Positions 8,913 through 17,633 of a DNA stretch of 43,977 bases are shown piece by piece. Numbering within the stretch: the first letter of the stretch is position 1; every line of letters begins with the position of its first letter. Made by a program: the position numbers and the translations under genes. The notes below the pieces were generated by a model, which had not been told where the DNA came from, made no database searches, and saw only the letters and a program-made list of their open reading frames with translations. The stretch is from Myxococcota bacterium (GTDB taxonomy: Bacteria; Myxococcota; Myxococcia; Myxococcales; Myxococcaceae): the NCBI GenBank assembly GCA_049322255.1, contig JBMORE010000195.1, positions 1 through 43,977 of the forward strand, given 5' to 3'.

Positions 8913-9971
8913 TTACAGCGCTGCCAGCCACTCCTTCAACTCTCCGGTCAATACCAAAGGCTGCTCCCGCAGTGCCGCCGGCGTTCGGCTCCCCGTGAGG
9001 AGCAGGACTTCGCGCAGCGCAGTGACGATGGTCTCCAGCACCCGCTCTGCAGCCGCTGTGCCACCCTCTTGCTGGGCACGGAACAAGGGCAAGGCCAGCC
9101 CGACCAGGTCGGCGCCCAGGGCGAGCGCCTTGGCGGCCTCAAGGCCGGTGCGCACCCCCCCAGAGGCGACCAGGGTGACATTGGGGCCCACCGCCTGCCG
9201 CACCGACGCCACCGCGGCCGCAGTGGGAATTCCCCAACTCGACAGTTGGGCGCCCACCTCAGCGGCCACTCCGTGGGCGCGCAGCTGTTCGACCCGCACC
9301 CAGGAGGTGCCGCCCAGCCCGGAGATGTCGAGCGAGCGCACCCCGCACTCGGACAGGCGCACGGCGACCTTGGGAGCGATGCCGCAGCCAGTCTCCTTCA
9401 CCATGAGCCGCTCGCCGAATGCCTGGGCGAGCTTTTCCACCGTGGCATAGCCGCCGCGAAAGTCACGCTCCCCTTCTGGCTGCGTCAGCTCCTGGGCGGC
9501 GTTGAGGTGCAGGGCCATGCCGTCGGCGCCGATGTCTTCGGCCAGCCGGCGCACCCCGTCCACCCCCAGTGCGGCTGCCTGGCGTAGACCGATGTTGCCC
9601 AAAAGAACGGCAGTGGGCGCGACGTCCCGCACCCGGAAGCTCTGCGCCGCCTCGGGGTGCTCGACCATCACCCGCTGGCTACCCACGCCAAACGCGAGTC
9701 GGTGCTTTTCGGCGAGGCTGGCCAGGTCGCGGTTGACCTCGCGGGCGCGCTCGGTGCCGCCGGTCATGCCGGTGATGAGCAAGGGAACGGCCAGCGGCCT
9801 GCCGAACAAGCGGGCAGAGGTGTCGACGTCGTTGACAGTGAGCTCGGGCATCGCGCAATGCACCAGGTGCACGCACTCGAGAAGGGTACGGTTTTCCAGC
9901 GGCTCGACCTGGGCGGAGACACACAAATCGAGGTGAGCATCTTTGCGCTGCGACGTGGTTTTCTCGCCCAT
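8913..9971 (-). CDS. fni: Type 2 (FMN-dependent) isopentenyl-diphosphate delta-isomerase
   Basis: RKDAH, ITGMTGG, GVGSQR, HLNAAQE, VKETGCG, GGTSW and SGGVRTG motifs. Confidence 0.95.
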   Translation of the reverse strand: MGEKTTSQRKDAHLDLCVSAQVEPLENRTLLECVHLVHCAMPELTVNDVDTSARLFGRPLAVPLLITGMTGGTERAREVNRDLASLAEKHRLAFGVGSQRVMVEHPEAAQSFRVRDVAPTAVLLGNIGLRQAAALGVDGVRRLAEDIGADGMALHLNAAQELTQPEGERDFRGGYATVEKLAQAFGERLMVKETGCGIAPKVAVRLSECGVRSLDISGLGGTSWVRVEQLRAHGVAAEVGAQLSSWGIPTAAAVASVRQAVGPNVTLVASGGVRTGLEAAKALALGADLVGLALPLFRAQQEGGTAAAERVLETIVTALREVLLLTGSRTPAALREQPLVLTGELKEWLAAL

Positions 9972-10055
9972 GTGAAGTCCGCTAAAAGGCCTAAGGGTCC
10001 TAGCAACCGGCCCCGCTGGACGCAACGGCGCGGCGGACGATAAACCTTTCGCGCC

Positions 10056-10466
10056 TTGGCAGCAGATTCCCCCAAAGTCGCGGTGTTTCTCCACTCCGGC
10101 GAGTACGACCGAATGCACCAGGGACTGTCGATTGCCGCGGCAGCAGTCGCGGCTGGCCGGCAGGCCGAGGTCTTCGTCTTCTGGTGGGCGCTACAGCGAA
10201 TGGCGATGGGCACGCTCGACGAGCCCGACTTCGGGCCGGGGCGAGAAGAGGTGGGGCAGCGCTTCGAGCGACGCGGGTTGCCCACGTTGCGCTCGCTCCT
10301 TCAGTACCTCAAGGAGTCGAAGCTGTGTGCGGTTTACGGATGCACCGGCTCCCTCGCCGCCGTGGTGGACGAGCCGCCAGGAATGGAGCCCCTCCTCGAC
10401 GGTTTTTTGGGCTGGAGCGCGATTCTCCGGCTCACCTCCGGGGTGGCGGACCGCTTCTACCTGTAG
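10056..10466 (+). CDS. DsrE/DsrF/DrsH-like family protein
   Basis: KVAVFLHSG..DR, A..AVAAG..AEVFVFWWAL and YGCTGS (conserved Cys) motifs. Confidence 0.7.
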   Translation: MAADSPKVAVFLHSGEYDRMHQGLSIAAAAVAAGRQAEVFVFWWALQRMAMGTLDEPDFGPGREEVGQRFERRGLPTLRSLLQYLKESKLCAVYGCTGSLAAVVDEPPGMEPLLDGFLGWSAILRLTSGVADRFYL

Positions 10467-10510
10467 CCACGGCTGGACGAGTGGCTCGCGCTGCTTAGGT
10501 TGGGCCTACC

Positions 10511-11425
10511 ATGAGAGACGTTTCCACCTTGGGCAGCTTTCCCACCGGGCGCCGGCCGAGCGGGCGGCGGCGGTTGGGTAACTACCTCAAGACCGCGGTC
10601 CTCCTCGCCGGGCTGTCCGCGCTGTTTTTGGCGGTGGGCCAGCGGCTCGGTGGCGCCGGAGGTCTTCTCGTCGCCGGCATCTTCGTCGCGGTGATGAACT
10701 TCGGCTCGTATTGGTTCTCCGACCGCATCGCGCTGGCCATTCATCGAGCGCGGCCGCTCCCGCGCGAGCAGGCGCCCTGGCTCTTCGAGATGGTGGAGCG
10801 GCTGGCCCGGCGGGGGGACCTGCCCATGCCACGCCTGTATTGGGTACCCATTCCCACCCCCAACGCCTTTGCCACCGGCCGCAGCCCAAAGAAGGCAGCG
10901 GTGGCGGTCACCTCCGGGTTGCTCGAAGTGATGGATAGGCGCCAACTCGAAGGGGTGCTGGCGCACGAGCTGGCGCACGTGAAGAACCGCGACACCCTCA
11001 TCAGCACGGTGGCGGCGACGCTGGCCGGCGTCATCACCCAAGTCGCGCAGATGGTCTTCTGGTTCGGCGGCGCCTTCCTCGGAGGCCGCCACGGCGACGG
11101 GGACGAGCGCGAAGGAGGAGGGCTGGCCTCCTTAGGCTTGCTCCTGGTGGCGCCGATTGCGGCCATGCTCCTGCAGCTCGCGGTGAGCCGTTCACGCGAG
11201 TACGCCGCCGACGAGCTCGGGGCCGAGTTGGCGGGCGACCCCCATGCCTTGGCCGACGCGTTGCTCAGGCTGGAGGACGCCAACCGCTTCCTGCCTTACG
11301 ACCACGCCCCGGCCACCGCGCACCTGTTCATCGTGAACCCGCTCTCCGGGGGTGGGCTGATGTCGCTCTTTTCGACGCACCCGCCGATCGCCGAGCGTGT
11401 ACGCCGGCTGCGAGCCATGCGGTAA
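10511..11425 (+). CDS. htpX: Zinc metalloprotease HtpX (M48)
   Basis: PNAFATGRSP, HELAH (HExxH), SRSREYAAD and FSTHPP..ER motifs. Confidence 0.93.
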   Translation: MRDVSTLGSFPTGRRPSGRRRLGNYLKTAVLLAGLSALFLAVGQRLGGAGGLLVAGIFVAVMNFGSYWFSDRIALAIHRARPLPREQAPWLFEMVERLARRGDLPMPRLYWVPIPTPNAFATGRSPKKAAVAVTSGLLEVMDRRQLEGVLAHELAHVKNRDTLISTVAATLAGVITQVAQMVFWFGGAFLGGRHGDGDEREGGGLASLGLLLVAPIAAMLLQLAVSRSREYAADELGAELAGDPHALADALLRLEDANRFLPYDHAPATAHLFIVNPLSGGGLMSLFSTHPPIAERVRRLRAMR

Positions 11426-11445
11426 CAAGAGCTGGCCCTTTTGAG

Positions 11446-12321
11446 CTACGCGGCGGGCGCTTCCTCGGCCTCTTTCGATGGGAGCACGGAGAGGTCGTCG
11501 AACTTCTCGAAGGGGTTCTCCAGCATCTCGCGCAACGTCTTGGAGAGCACCATCGCGTGATAGCCGTCGATGAAGCGGTGGTCGAACGAGGCGTTCACGT
11601 TCATCACCTTGCCGACGACGACTTTCCCGTTCTCCACCACCGGGGCCTCTTTCACCTGGCCGGGGGCGACGAAGATGGGGGTGCGGGTGTAGGGCACCAG
11701 CGGCACGTAGGCGGTATCCAGCCCCAACGAGCCCACGTTGGTCACCGCCAGGCCGCCGAACGCGTCCTTGGGCATGCCGGCCCAGGAGAGATCGATGTTG
11801 AAGGTGTACATCAAGAGGGAGAGCAGCTTGAGGAAGGCGTTCATGAAGAGGAAGGGAATCTTCTGAATCGTGCCCTTGCCCTTCTCCAGCGCCTGGTCTT
11901 TTCGAGTGCGGACCTTGTGGATGGCGGCCTCCATCTCGTCGGAAAGCTGCAAGAGCGACTTCTGGTCGGCGTGGTCGATCTTCGCCGCGCTCAAGTCGAC
12001 CTTGCCGTCGCCCTGGTCGGTCTGCACCACCAGCACCGAGATGGTGACGGTCTTGCGCAGGTAAATCTTGTTGAAGCGCAAGATGGCGTTGGCGTCGGGG
12101 CAGCGGCGGAGCGCCTCGGCGCAGGCCTTGGTCACCAGGTGGGTCACCGTGAGACGCTTGCCGGTGCGGCGCCGGAACTGCTCGATGTACTCCATCGCCT
12201 GGTCCATGCGAATGGTGAGCGTGCCGTAGACCGTGGGGTCATAGGCGGTCTGCCAGCTGCCAATCGCGATCTTGCGGAAGCTCGCCACGTCTTTCTTCGG
12301 AATGAGCTCGAGGTGGGCCAT
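11446..12321 (-). CDS. Stand-alone 2-oxoacid dehydrogenase E2-type acyltransferase catalytic domain
   Basis: TNVGSLG and DHRFIDG (HxxxDG) motifs; no lipoyl or E3-binding domain. Confidence 0.85.
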   Translation of the reverse strand: MAHLELIPKKDVASFRKIAIGSWQTAYDPTVYGTLTIRMDQAMEYIEQFRRRTGKRLTVTHLVTKACAEALRRCPDANAILRFNKIYLRKTVTISVLVVQTDQGDGKVDLSAAKIDHADQKSLLQLSDEMEAAIHKVRTRKDQALEKGKGTIQKIPFLFMNAFLKLLSLLMYTFNIDLSWAGMPKDAFGGLAVTNVGSLGLDTAYVPLVPYTRTPIFVAPGQVKEAPVVENGKVVVGKVMNVNASFDHRFIDGYHAMVLSKTLREMLENPFEKFDDLSVLPSKEAEEAPAA

Positions 12322-12332
12322 GGCCTTGAAGC

Positions 12333-12797
12333 CTACTTCGGGCGAAGGGGCAGCAGCGAGGCGCCGAACGCCAGCAAGAGCTGCCCGAGCATCAGTCCGG
12401 TGGACACGCCGTGGAGTCGCCCGAACTCGCGCCGCAGCGGATCGTCGGGCGCCAGGGCGGAGACCTGGTCATTCGCCTCGCGGCGAATCTCGGCAAGCCT
12501 GGGCGTGACGACGGCCGCGCTGGCCAACGCAAGCACGAACGCTCCGGCCAGAAAGGCGGCTCGAAGCACACTTCGCCCACGTGGCTTTCCCTCGTAGACG
12601 AGCCCGAGCGAGAGCACGCCGACGGCGGCGAAGAGCCCGAACACATCGAGCGCGGGAATGACTTGCCGCACCACCGCTCCCGCCTGCGCCGGGGTGAGCG
12701 CACGAAACAGCGCCGGCGCCACCACCGCCCCGAAGCACAAGAGGCCACCCATCCACACCCCGAGCACCAGCTGGTGCAAATAGCGAAAGACGCCCAT
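12333..12797 (-). CDS. DUF4149-like membrane protein
   Basis: Four TM segments, W.GG...FG.VVAP.LF and F.RLHG.S motifs. Confidence 0.75.
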   Translation of the reverse strand: MGVFRYLHQLVLGVWMGGLLCFGAVVAPALFRALTPAQAGAVVRQVIPALDVFGLFAAVGVLSLGLVYEGKPRGRSVLRAAFLAGAFVLALASAAVVTPRLAEIRREANDQVSALAPDDPLRREFGRLHGVSTGLMLGQLLLAFGASLLPLRPK

Positions 12798-12910
12798 GCC
12801 TCAAATGTACCGGCTTCTGAAGGCTGCGGTACTCAACTTCCCTGGTGGGGGAGCGGCTGGCCTTGGCCGGAAGTGAAACCGACCCGGCGCCTGGGATATG
12901 ACCGACGATT

Positions 12911-13618
12911 GTGCTGCGCGCGCTGATACAAGACATCGAGGCGGCGATTCGCCACGACCCGGCGGCGAGGAGCAAGCTGGAGGTGCTCCTCGCTTATCCC
13001 GGCGTGCATGCGCTCGCGCTGCACCGGGTGGCCCACGCGCTGTGGAACCGCGGCCACCCGCTCGCCGCGAGGCTCTTTTCTCACTACAACCGCTTCACCA
13101 CCGGGGTGGAGATTCACCCCGGGGCCCGCATCGCCGACGGAGTGTTCATCGACCACGGCATGGGAGTGGTGATCGGCGAGACCGCCGTCATCGAGGAGGG
13201 CTGCATCATCTACAAGGGCGTGGTCCTCGGCGGCACCTCCTTGGCCCGCCGCACCCGCCACCCCCACCTGCACCCCAACGTCATCGTCGGCTCCAACGCC
13301 TGCGTCTTGGGGGCGATCCACGTGGGCGAAGGGGCGCGCATCGGCTCCTCCTCGGTGGTGATCAAAGATGTCCCACCCGGCGCCACCGTGGTCGGCGTGC
13401 CCGGCCGCATCGTGCGCGAGCAGAAAAGGAACTTCGCCGATGAGCTCGACCACGCCTCCCTGCCCGACCCGGTGGCCGACGTGATGCGCTCGTTCGCCGC
13501 CCAGCAAGAGGCGCTCATCGAGCGGCTGGCCCGATTGGAGGAGAAGCTGAAGACCCCCGGTGAAGACGTGAGCGACGCCGCCGCCGACCCTCACAAGCGA
13601 GCGGGCAGCATCTTCTAG
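12911..13618 (+). CDS. cysE: Serine O-acetyltransferase
   Basis: DPAARS, YPGVHA, TGVEIHPGA, FIDHGMGVVIGETA and RHP motifs; hexapeptide repeats. Confidence 0.95.
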   Translation: MLRALIQDIEAAIRHDPAARSKLEVLLAYPGVHALALHRVAHALWNRGHPLAARLFSHYNRFTTGVEIHPGARIADGVFIDHGMGVVIGETAVIEEGCIIYKGVVLGGTSLARRTRHPHLHPNVIVGSNACVLGAIHVGEGARIGSSSVVIKDVPPGATVVGVPGRIVREQKRNFADELDHASLPDPVADVMRSFAAQQEALIERLARLEEKLKTPGEDVSDAAADPHKRAGSIF

Positions 13619-13660
13619 AAACGAGTGCTATAGACGGCGCCTTTTGAAGGAGATTCGCCT

Positions 13661-14515
13661 ATGACCATCGCCCTCGTTCTCGTCTCCGTCGCCCTGGTGA
13701 TCTGCATGGGCCTGTTGTTCTTCGGCCAAAAAGGCGGGCACGCCTCGCCGGACGTCGCGGCCCGGCTCGACGCCGAGACGAAGGCGCGCCAAAAAGCCGA
13801 GAGCGACCTGGAGAAAAAGCGCAAGGAAGCCGAAGAGGCCAAAACCCAGCTGGCCGAGGCCAAAGAGGCGCTCAAGCAGGCCAAGAAGAAACTGCACGAC
13901 CAGAAGGAAGCAGGCAAGGTGGGCGACGACTTGGTCAAGGAGCGCGAGGCGGTGGAGCGGCAAGCCTCCGTCCAGCTGGAGAACGTGCGCGCCGAGCTCG
14001 CCGCCGCCCAGGCCGAGGTGGCCAAGCTGCGCGCCGAGACCGAAGGACGACTGAAGAAGGCAGCCTCACCCGAGCCCGCGCCTGAGAAGGCCACCAAGGT
14101 GGTGCGCGAGCTCTCCGAGGCCGAGAAGGAGAAGATTGAGCGCCTCGAGCAGCAAGCCGCCAAGGATCGCGCCAAGGCCGCCGAGCTCGACAAGGAGCTT
14201 CGGCGGCTCAAGGGCCGGTTGGAGACGCAGAGCCGCGTTTACACGGTGACCAAGGGCGAGCTCGAGCTGCTCAAGGACAAGTTCAAGGCGCTGGAGAAGC
14301 GCCTCAACCGCACCTTGCTCCAGAACGATCTCTACAAGCGGGCAATCTCCGACCTGGAGAAAAAGAGTGGCATCAGCGCCGAGCGCACCGAGCCATCGGC
14401 CGCGGAGCTCGCCGCCTCCGACCAGAAGACCGAGGAGCAGCAGAAGGCAGCCGCCCAGGCCGACGAGACGCGAATGGCGGCCCTCGACGCTACGGATCCA
14501 ACGGCGCGGGCGTGA
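13661..14515 (+). CDS. Membrane-anchored coiled-coil protein
   Basis: Single N-terminal TM helix followed by K/E/A-rich heptads; AAGGAG RBS. Confidence 0.75.
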   Translation: MTIALVLVSVALVICMGLLFFGQKGGHASPDVAARLDAETKARQKAESDLEKKRKEAEEAKTQLAEAKEALKQAKKKLHDQKEAGKVGDDLVKEREAVERQASVQLENVRAELAAAQAEVAKLRAETEGRLKKAASPEPAPEKATKVVRELSEAEKEKIERLEQQAAKDRAKAAELDKELRRLKGRLETQSRVYTVTKGELELLKDKFKALEKRLNRTLLQNDLYKRAISDLEKKSGISAERTEPSAAELAASDQKTEEQQKAAAQADETRMAALDATDPTARA

Positions 14516-16067
14516 AGAGGTAGGCGTCCTTGAGGACTTCCCGGGTGCCGCCGTTCTCGCGCACCCCGCCCAAGACCAGCACCGATCCGTCCGCCAGCGT
14601 GGTGCAGGTGTGGTGGTACCGGTCGATGGTCAGCTTGTCCTGCCCCACCTGCGTCGTGGAGCCGTCGGGCATGGGCACCAGAAGCACCGTGGTGCCGTCG
14701 CTGCGCGCAGGGCCGCCGGCGACGTCCACGGTTCGCCCACCCACGGCGAGAACGCGCCCGTCGGGCAGCGTCGCCGCACACAGCTCGCCGCGCGCTCCGA
14801 CCAGAGGGCCCGGTGACACGGTGAAGGGAGATTGGGTGGAGAGAATCTCCGAGGAAGACAGCGGCGTCACCCGAGTGAGATCGCTGTAGCCGCCGCTGAC
14901 CAACAGCTCGCCCTTTTCTCCAAAAGAGGTGGCCGCCGCGGCTCGCCGGGGCTCCCGCAGCTTGGGCGCTGGCGAGGCGGGCTTTGGCGCGAAGGTGGTG
15001 CCGGTGAACTCGAAGAACGTCACCTCGTCGGTCAAGGTGCCACCGTCCGAACCGCCCGCAACGGCGATGAGGCCTCCGTCCTGAACCGGGGCAACCCCCA
15101 TGCCCTCGCGTGGCAGCGAGATACCATCGAGGACAGAGCCCTTGGTGGTGTCGGGGTCGAACCACTCCACTTGCTCGACCAGCGCGAGCGCGTTGTTGAC
15201 CTTCGTGTAACCGCCCACGACGAGCACCTTGCCGTTCTTGTCGAGCGCCGCCGCGTGCTGTGAACGGCCGATGTTCGCCGTGTTGGTGAAGGGAACTCCC
15301 CCGTACTTGTTTTGGTCAGGGTCGAAGACGAGCACGCTGGCCCGGTGGCTGACCACGCCGCCCGAGAGGTAGTCCTCTCCGCCCCACAAGAGGACCTGCC
15401 CCGAATGCAAGAGCGTCGCGGTGTGAAACGCCCGCGCCAACGGTACGAACTGCTGGTTCACATTGGTGAGGCCGATGTCCCGCGCATCTTCGAAGGCACC
15501 GGTGGCGGGATTGAAGAGCTCGGCCTTGTAGAGCGAGAGCGGCTCCCCGCTCTCCTTGAGCTGGTAACCTCCGGCGATGAACACCCGGCCGTCCTGGAGC
15601 AAGGTGGCGGTGTGGCCGGCGCGCGCGTTGAGCATGCGGGCGCAGGTGTTCGCCGCGCTCGCCGAGCTGGGCGAAGTCCACTTGTTCACCCGGCGGACGA
15701 AGACGTTGAGCTCGATCGGCTCGGCGCCCTTGGGCACCACGTCGGGAACCTCGAAGGGCAGCGAACGCCCCAGCGACACCAACTTGCCCTCGCTTCCCGG
15801 CTCCCCTGCATAGGCGCGCACCTCGACGACGCGGTGGGCCCCCGCGGGCACGGGCGGCAGAATGAGCTCGCGCGCTTCGATGGGGGAAACCGAGTCGATG
15901 GGAGCGGGAATACCGTCGCCCGTCACCCGGATGCGAAGGTGGGTGACGCTCTCCAAGGGCTGCGGCGGGTGGCAGGCCGAGGTGACGATGTTGAGCTTGT
16001 ACTGCACCTCTTTCGGCTGGCAGCCGGCGGCGAGAAGCCCAGCGAAGAGGACAAGAAGTCGACTCAC
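14490..16067 (-). CDS. Kelch-repeat (beta-propeller) lipoprotein
   Basis: Lipobox LAAGC; repeated R..HTATLL.DG.V...GG Kelch units. GTG start overlaps the upstream stop (GTGA). Confidence 0.85.
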   Translation of the reverse strand: MSRLLVLFAGLLAAGCQPKEVQYKLNIVTSACHPPQPLESVTHLRIRVTGDGIPAPIDSVSPIEARELILPPVPAGAHRVVEVRAYAGEPGSEGKLVSLGRSLPFEVPDVVPKGAEPIELNVFVRRVNKWTSPSSASAANTCARMLNARAGHTATLLQDGRVFIAGGYQLKESGEPLSLYKAELFNPATGAFEDARDIGLTNVNQQFVPLARAFHTATLLHSGQVLLWGGEDYLSGGVVSHRASVLVFDPDQNKYGGVPFTNTANIGRSQHAAALDKNGKVLVVGGYTKVNNALALVEQVEWFDPDTTKGSVLDGISLPREGMGVAPVQDGGLIAVAGGSDGGTLTDEVTFFEFTGTTFAPKPASPAPKLREPRRAAAATSFGEKGELLVSGGYSDLTRVTPLSSSEILSTQSPFTVSPGPLVGARGELCAATLPDGRVLAVGGRTVDVAGGPARSDGTTVLLVPMPDGSTTQVGQDKLTIDRYHHTCTTLADGSVLVLGGVRENGGTREVLKDAYLFTPAPLDP

Positions 16068-17530
16068 CACGTGGCAGTCACCGAGCCCGTGACCGGACGG
16101 GCAGCCTCGGTCACTCCGTAATAGGTGCCTCCAGCGGCGGCCACCGCGCCCACCCCGACGAGCACCCAGACCCACACCGGCACCCCCGAGGAGACGTGCG
16201 GGCGCAGCTCCACCTCCTCCGAAGAACGGCGTACCGCCTCGTCCTCCAAGACGCTCTTGCGCGTGAAGGCGCGCACCTGGGTGCTGGAGTCGTTCGGCTT
16301 CAGCGCCGTGCGCGAGCTGGAGGTGGCCACCTCCACGTCCACGGAGGAAGCCACCTTCTTCTCCTCGGTCGCCAAAGGAAGCGGCAACACAGCCGGAGCG
16401 CCGAAGCTCTCGACCCGCTTGCCCACCTCCTCGACCAGCTTGAACGCCTCGACGTTGGCGGTGAGCAACTCGTGGTCGAAGGTGTAGAGCGGCAGCGAGG
16501 AGAACCCCTGACGGCGGGCCGAGTACACGGCGCTGGCCGCGGTCAGCTGGCGACTGCTGGTGCGGTACACGATGCCCACCACCACGAAATCAGCCCCCGC
16601 CAGCTTGGCGTATTGCGCCACCCGGGCCAGGTGGTCTTCGGTGAGCACCTCGCCCACCTGCGGGTCGGCCACCACCGCCGTCGCTTGCGCGGTCGCCACC
16701 GTGGAGGAGCCGGCGGCGAAGCTCGCCTTCACCTTGGCGGTGCCGCCCTTCAGGTCCACCACCTGGCCGAAGCGTTCGCCGCTCGTGCCTTCCACCTTGA
16801 TGTAGTGGGTGCCGGCGGCGAGCTTTTCTTCCACCACCGGGACCATGCCCAGGTCGCGCCCGTCGACGAAGGCGGTGGACCCGGGCGGTCCGTCGATGGT
16901 GACGCTCCCCTTGGGCAGCTTGTCGACCCGCTTCTTCGCCTTCTCCAGCTCGCGCACGAAGACCGGCGGGTAGTTGTCGGGGAGCTTGTAGCTGTGGTCC
17001 ATCCGCGCCAGGTGAACGAGCGCCGTCTGGGCTTCCTTTTCCTCGCCCATGCGAAAGTGCGCCACCGCCAGCCCGACCAGCGCCTCTCGCAGCTGCGCAT
17101 AGTCTGCCGTGCCCGGGTCCGCCAGCGAGAGCTCGATTCCCTTCTTGAGCGCCTTGACCGCCGGTTCGAAGTCGAGCTCTCCCACCCGCCGCAGGCCCTC
17201 CTCCAGGGCCGAAGTGGCCGCGGCGGAGGGTTTCGTCGACGGGCTGGCGGCCACCGGGGCGGGCATCGGCTTGGGCGAGAGCGCGGCGACCACCTCCAGG
17301 CTCCCGTCTCGGGTGTTCAGCTCCTCGAGCACCAGCTGGGTAAAGCGCGTGCCCGCCCGGTCGGGGGCACCGCTTCCTTGGGCGAAGGGAACCACCACCA
17401 CCTTGGGCAAGGGTGCGGCGTGGGCGGCAAGCGCGATGAAGGGCGCTCCGCTCGCCTGCAGGGTCAGCCAGCTCAAAAAAAAGGCGCTGGCGCGGCGCCA
17501 CAGCTCGCTGCGAGTCATGCTTCGTCTCAC
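16064..17530 (-). CDS. PEGA-domain exported protein
   Basis: Signal-like N-terminus, TPR-like helices, PEGA motif (GPPGSTAFVDGRDLG..P....L.AGTH) and C-terminal hydrophobic PVWVWVLVGVG segment. Start is 17530 or 17518. Confidence 0.8.
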   Translation of the reverse strand: MRRSMTRSELWRRASAFFLSWLTLQASGAPFIALAAHAAPLPKVVVVPFAQGSGAPDRAGTRFTQLVLEELNTRDGSLEVVAALSPKPMPAPVAASPSTKPSAAATSALEEGLRRVGELDFEPAVKALKKGIELSLADPGTADYAQLREALVGLAVAHFRMGEEKEAQTALVHLARMDHSYKLPDNYPPVFVRELEKAKKRVDKLPKGSVTIDGPPGSTAFVDGRDLGMVPVVEEKLAAGTHYIKVEGTSGERFGQVVDLKGGTAKVKASFAAGSSTVATAQATAVVADPQVGEVLTEDHLARVAQYAKLAGADFVVVGIVYRTSSRQLTAASAVYSARRQGFSSLPLYTFDHELLTANVEAFKLVEEVGKRVESFGAPAVLPLPLATEEKKVASSVDVEVATSSSRTALKPNDSSTQVRAFTRKSVLEDEAVRRSSEEVELRPHVSSGVPVWVWVLVGVGAVAAAGGTYYGVTEAARPVTGSVTATW

Positions 17531-17633
17531 TTCACTTTTAGTGGGCTAGAATCGGTCGATAAAACGCCGACTTGGGGCCCAAGCGGGTGCCAAGCGTACC
17601 GATTGCCTACCCGTGCGGTCAATGTAAGCGCCC

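Noticed and set aside
17576..17595. Sigma-54-like TGGCAC...TTG on the minus strand upstream of the PEGA gene
   Set aside because: Spacing is one base short of GG-N10-GC and the -12 GC is missing.
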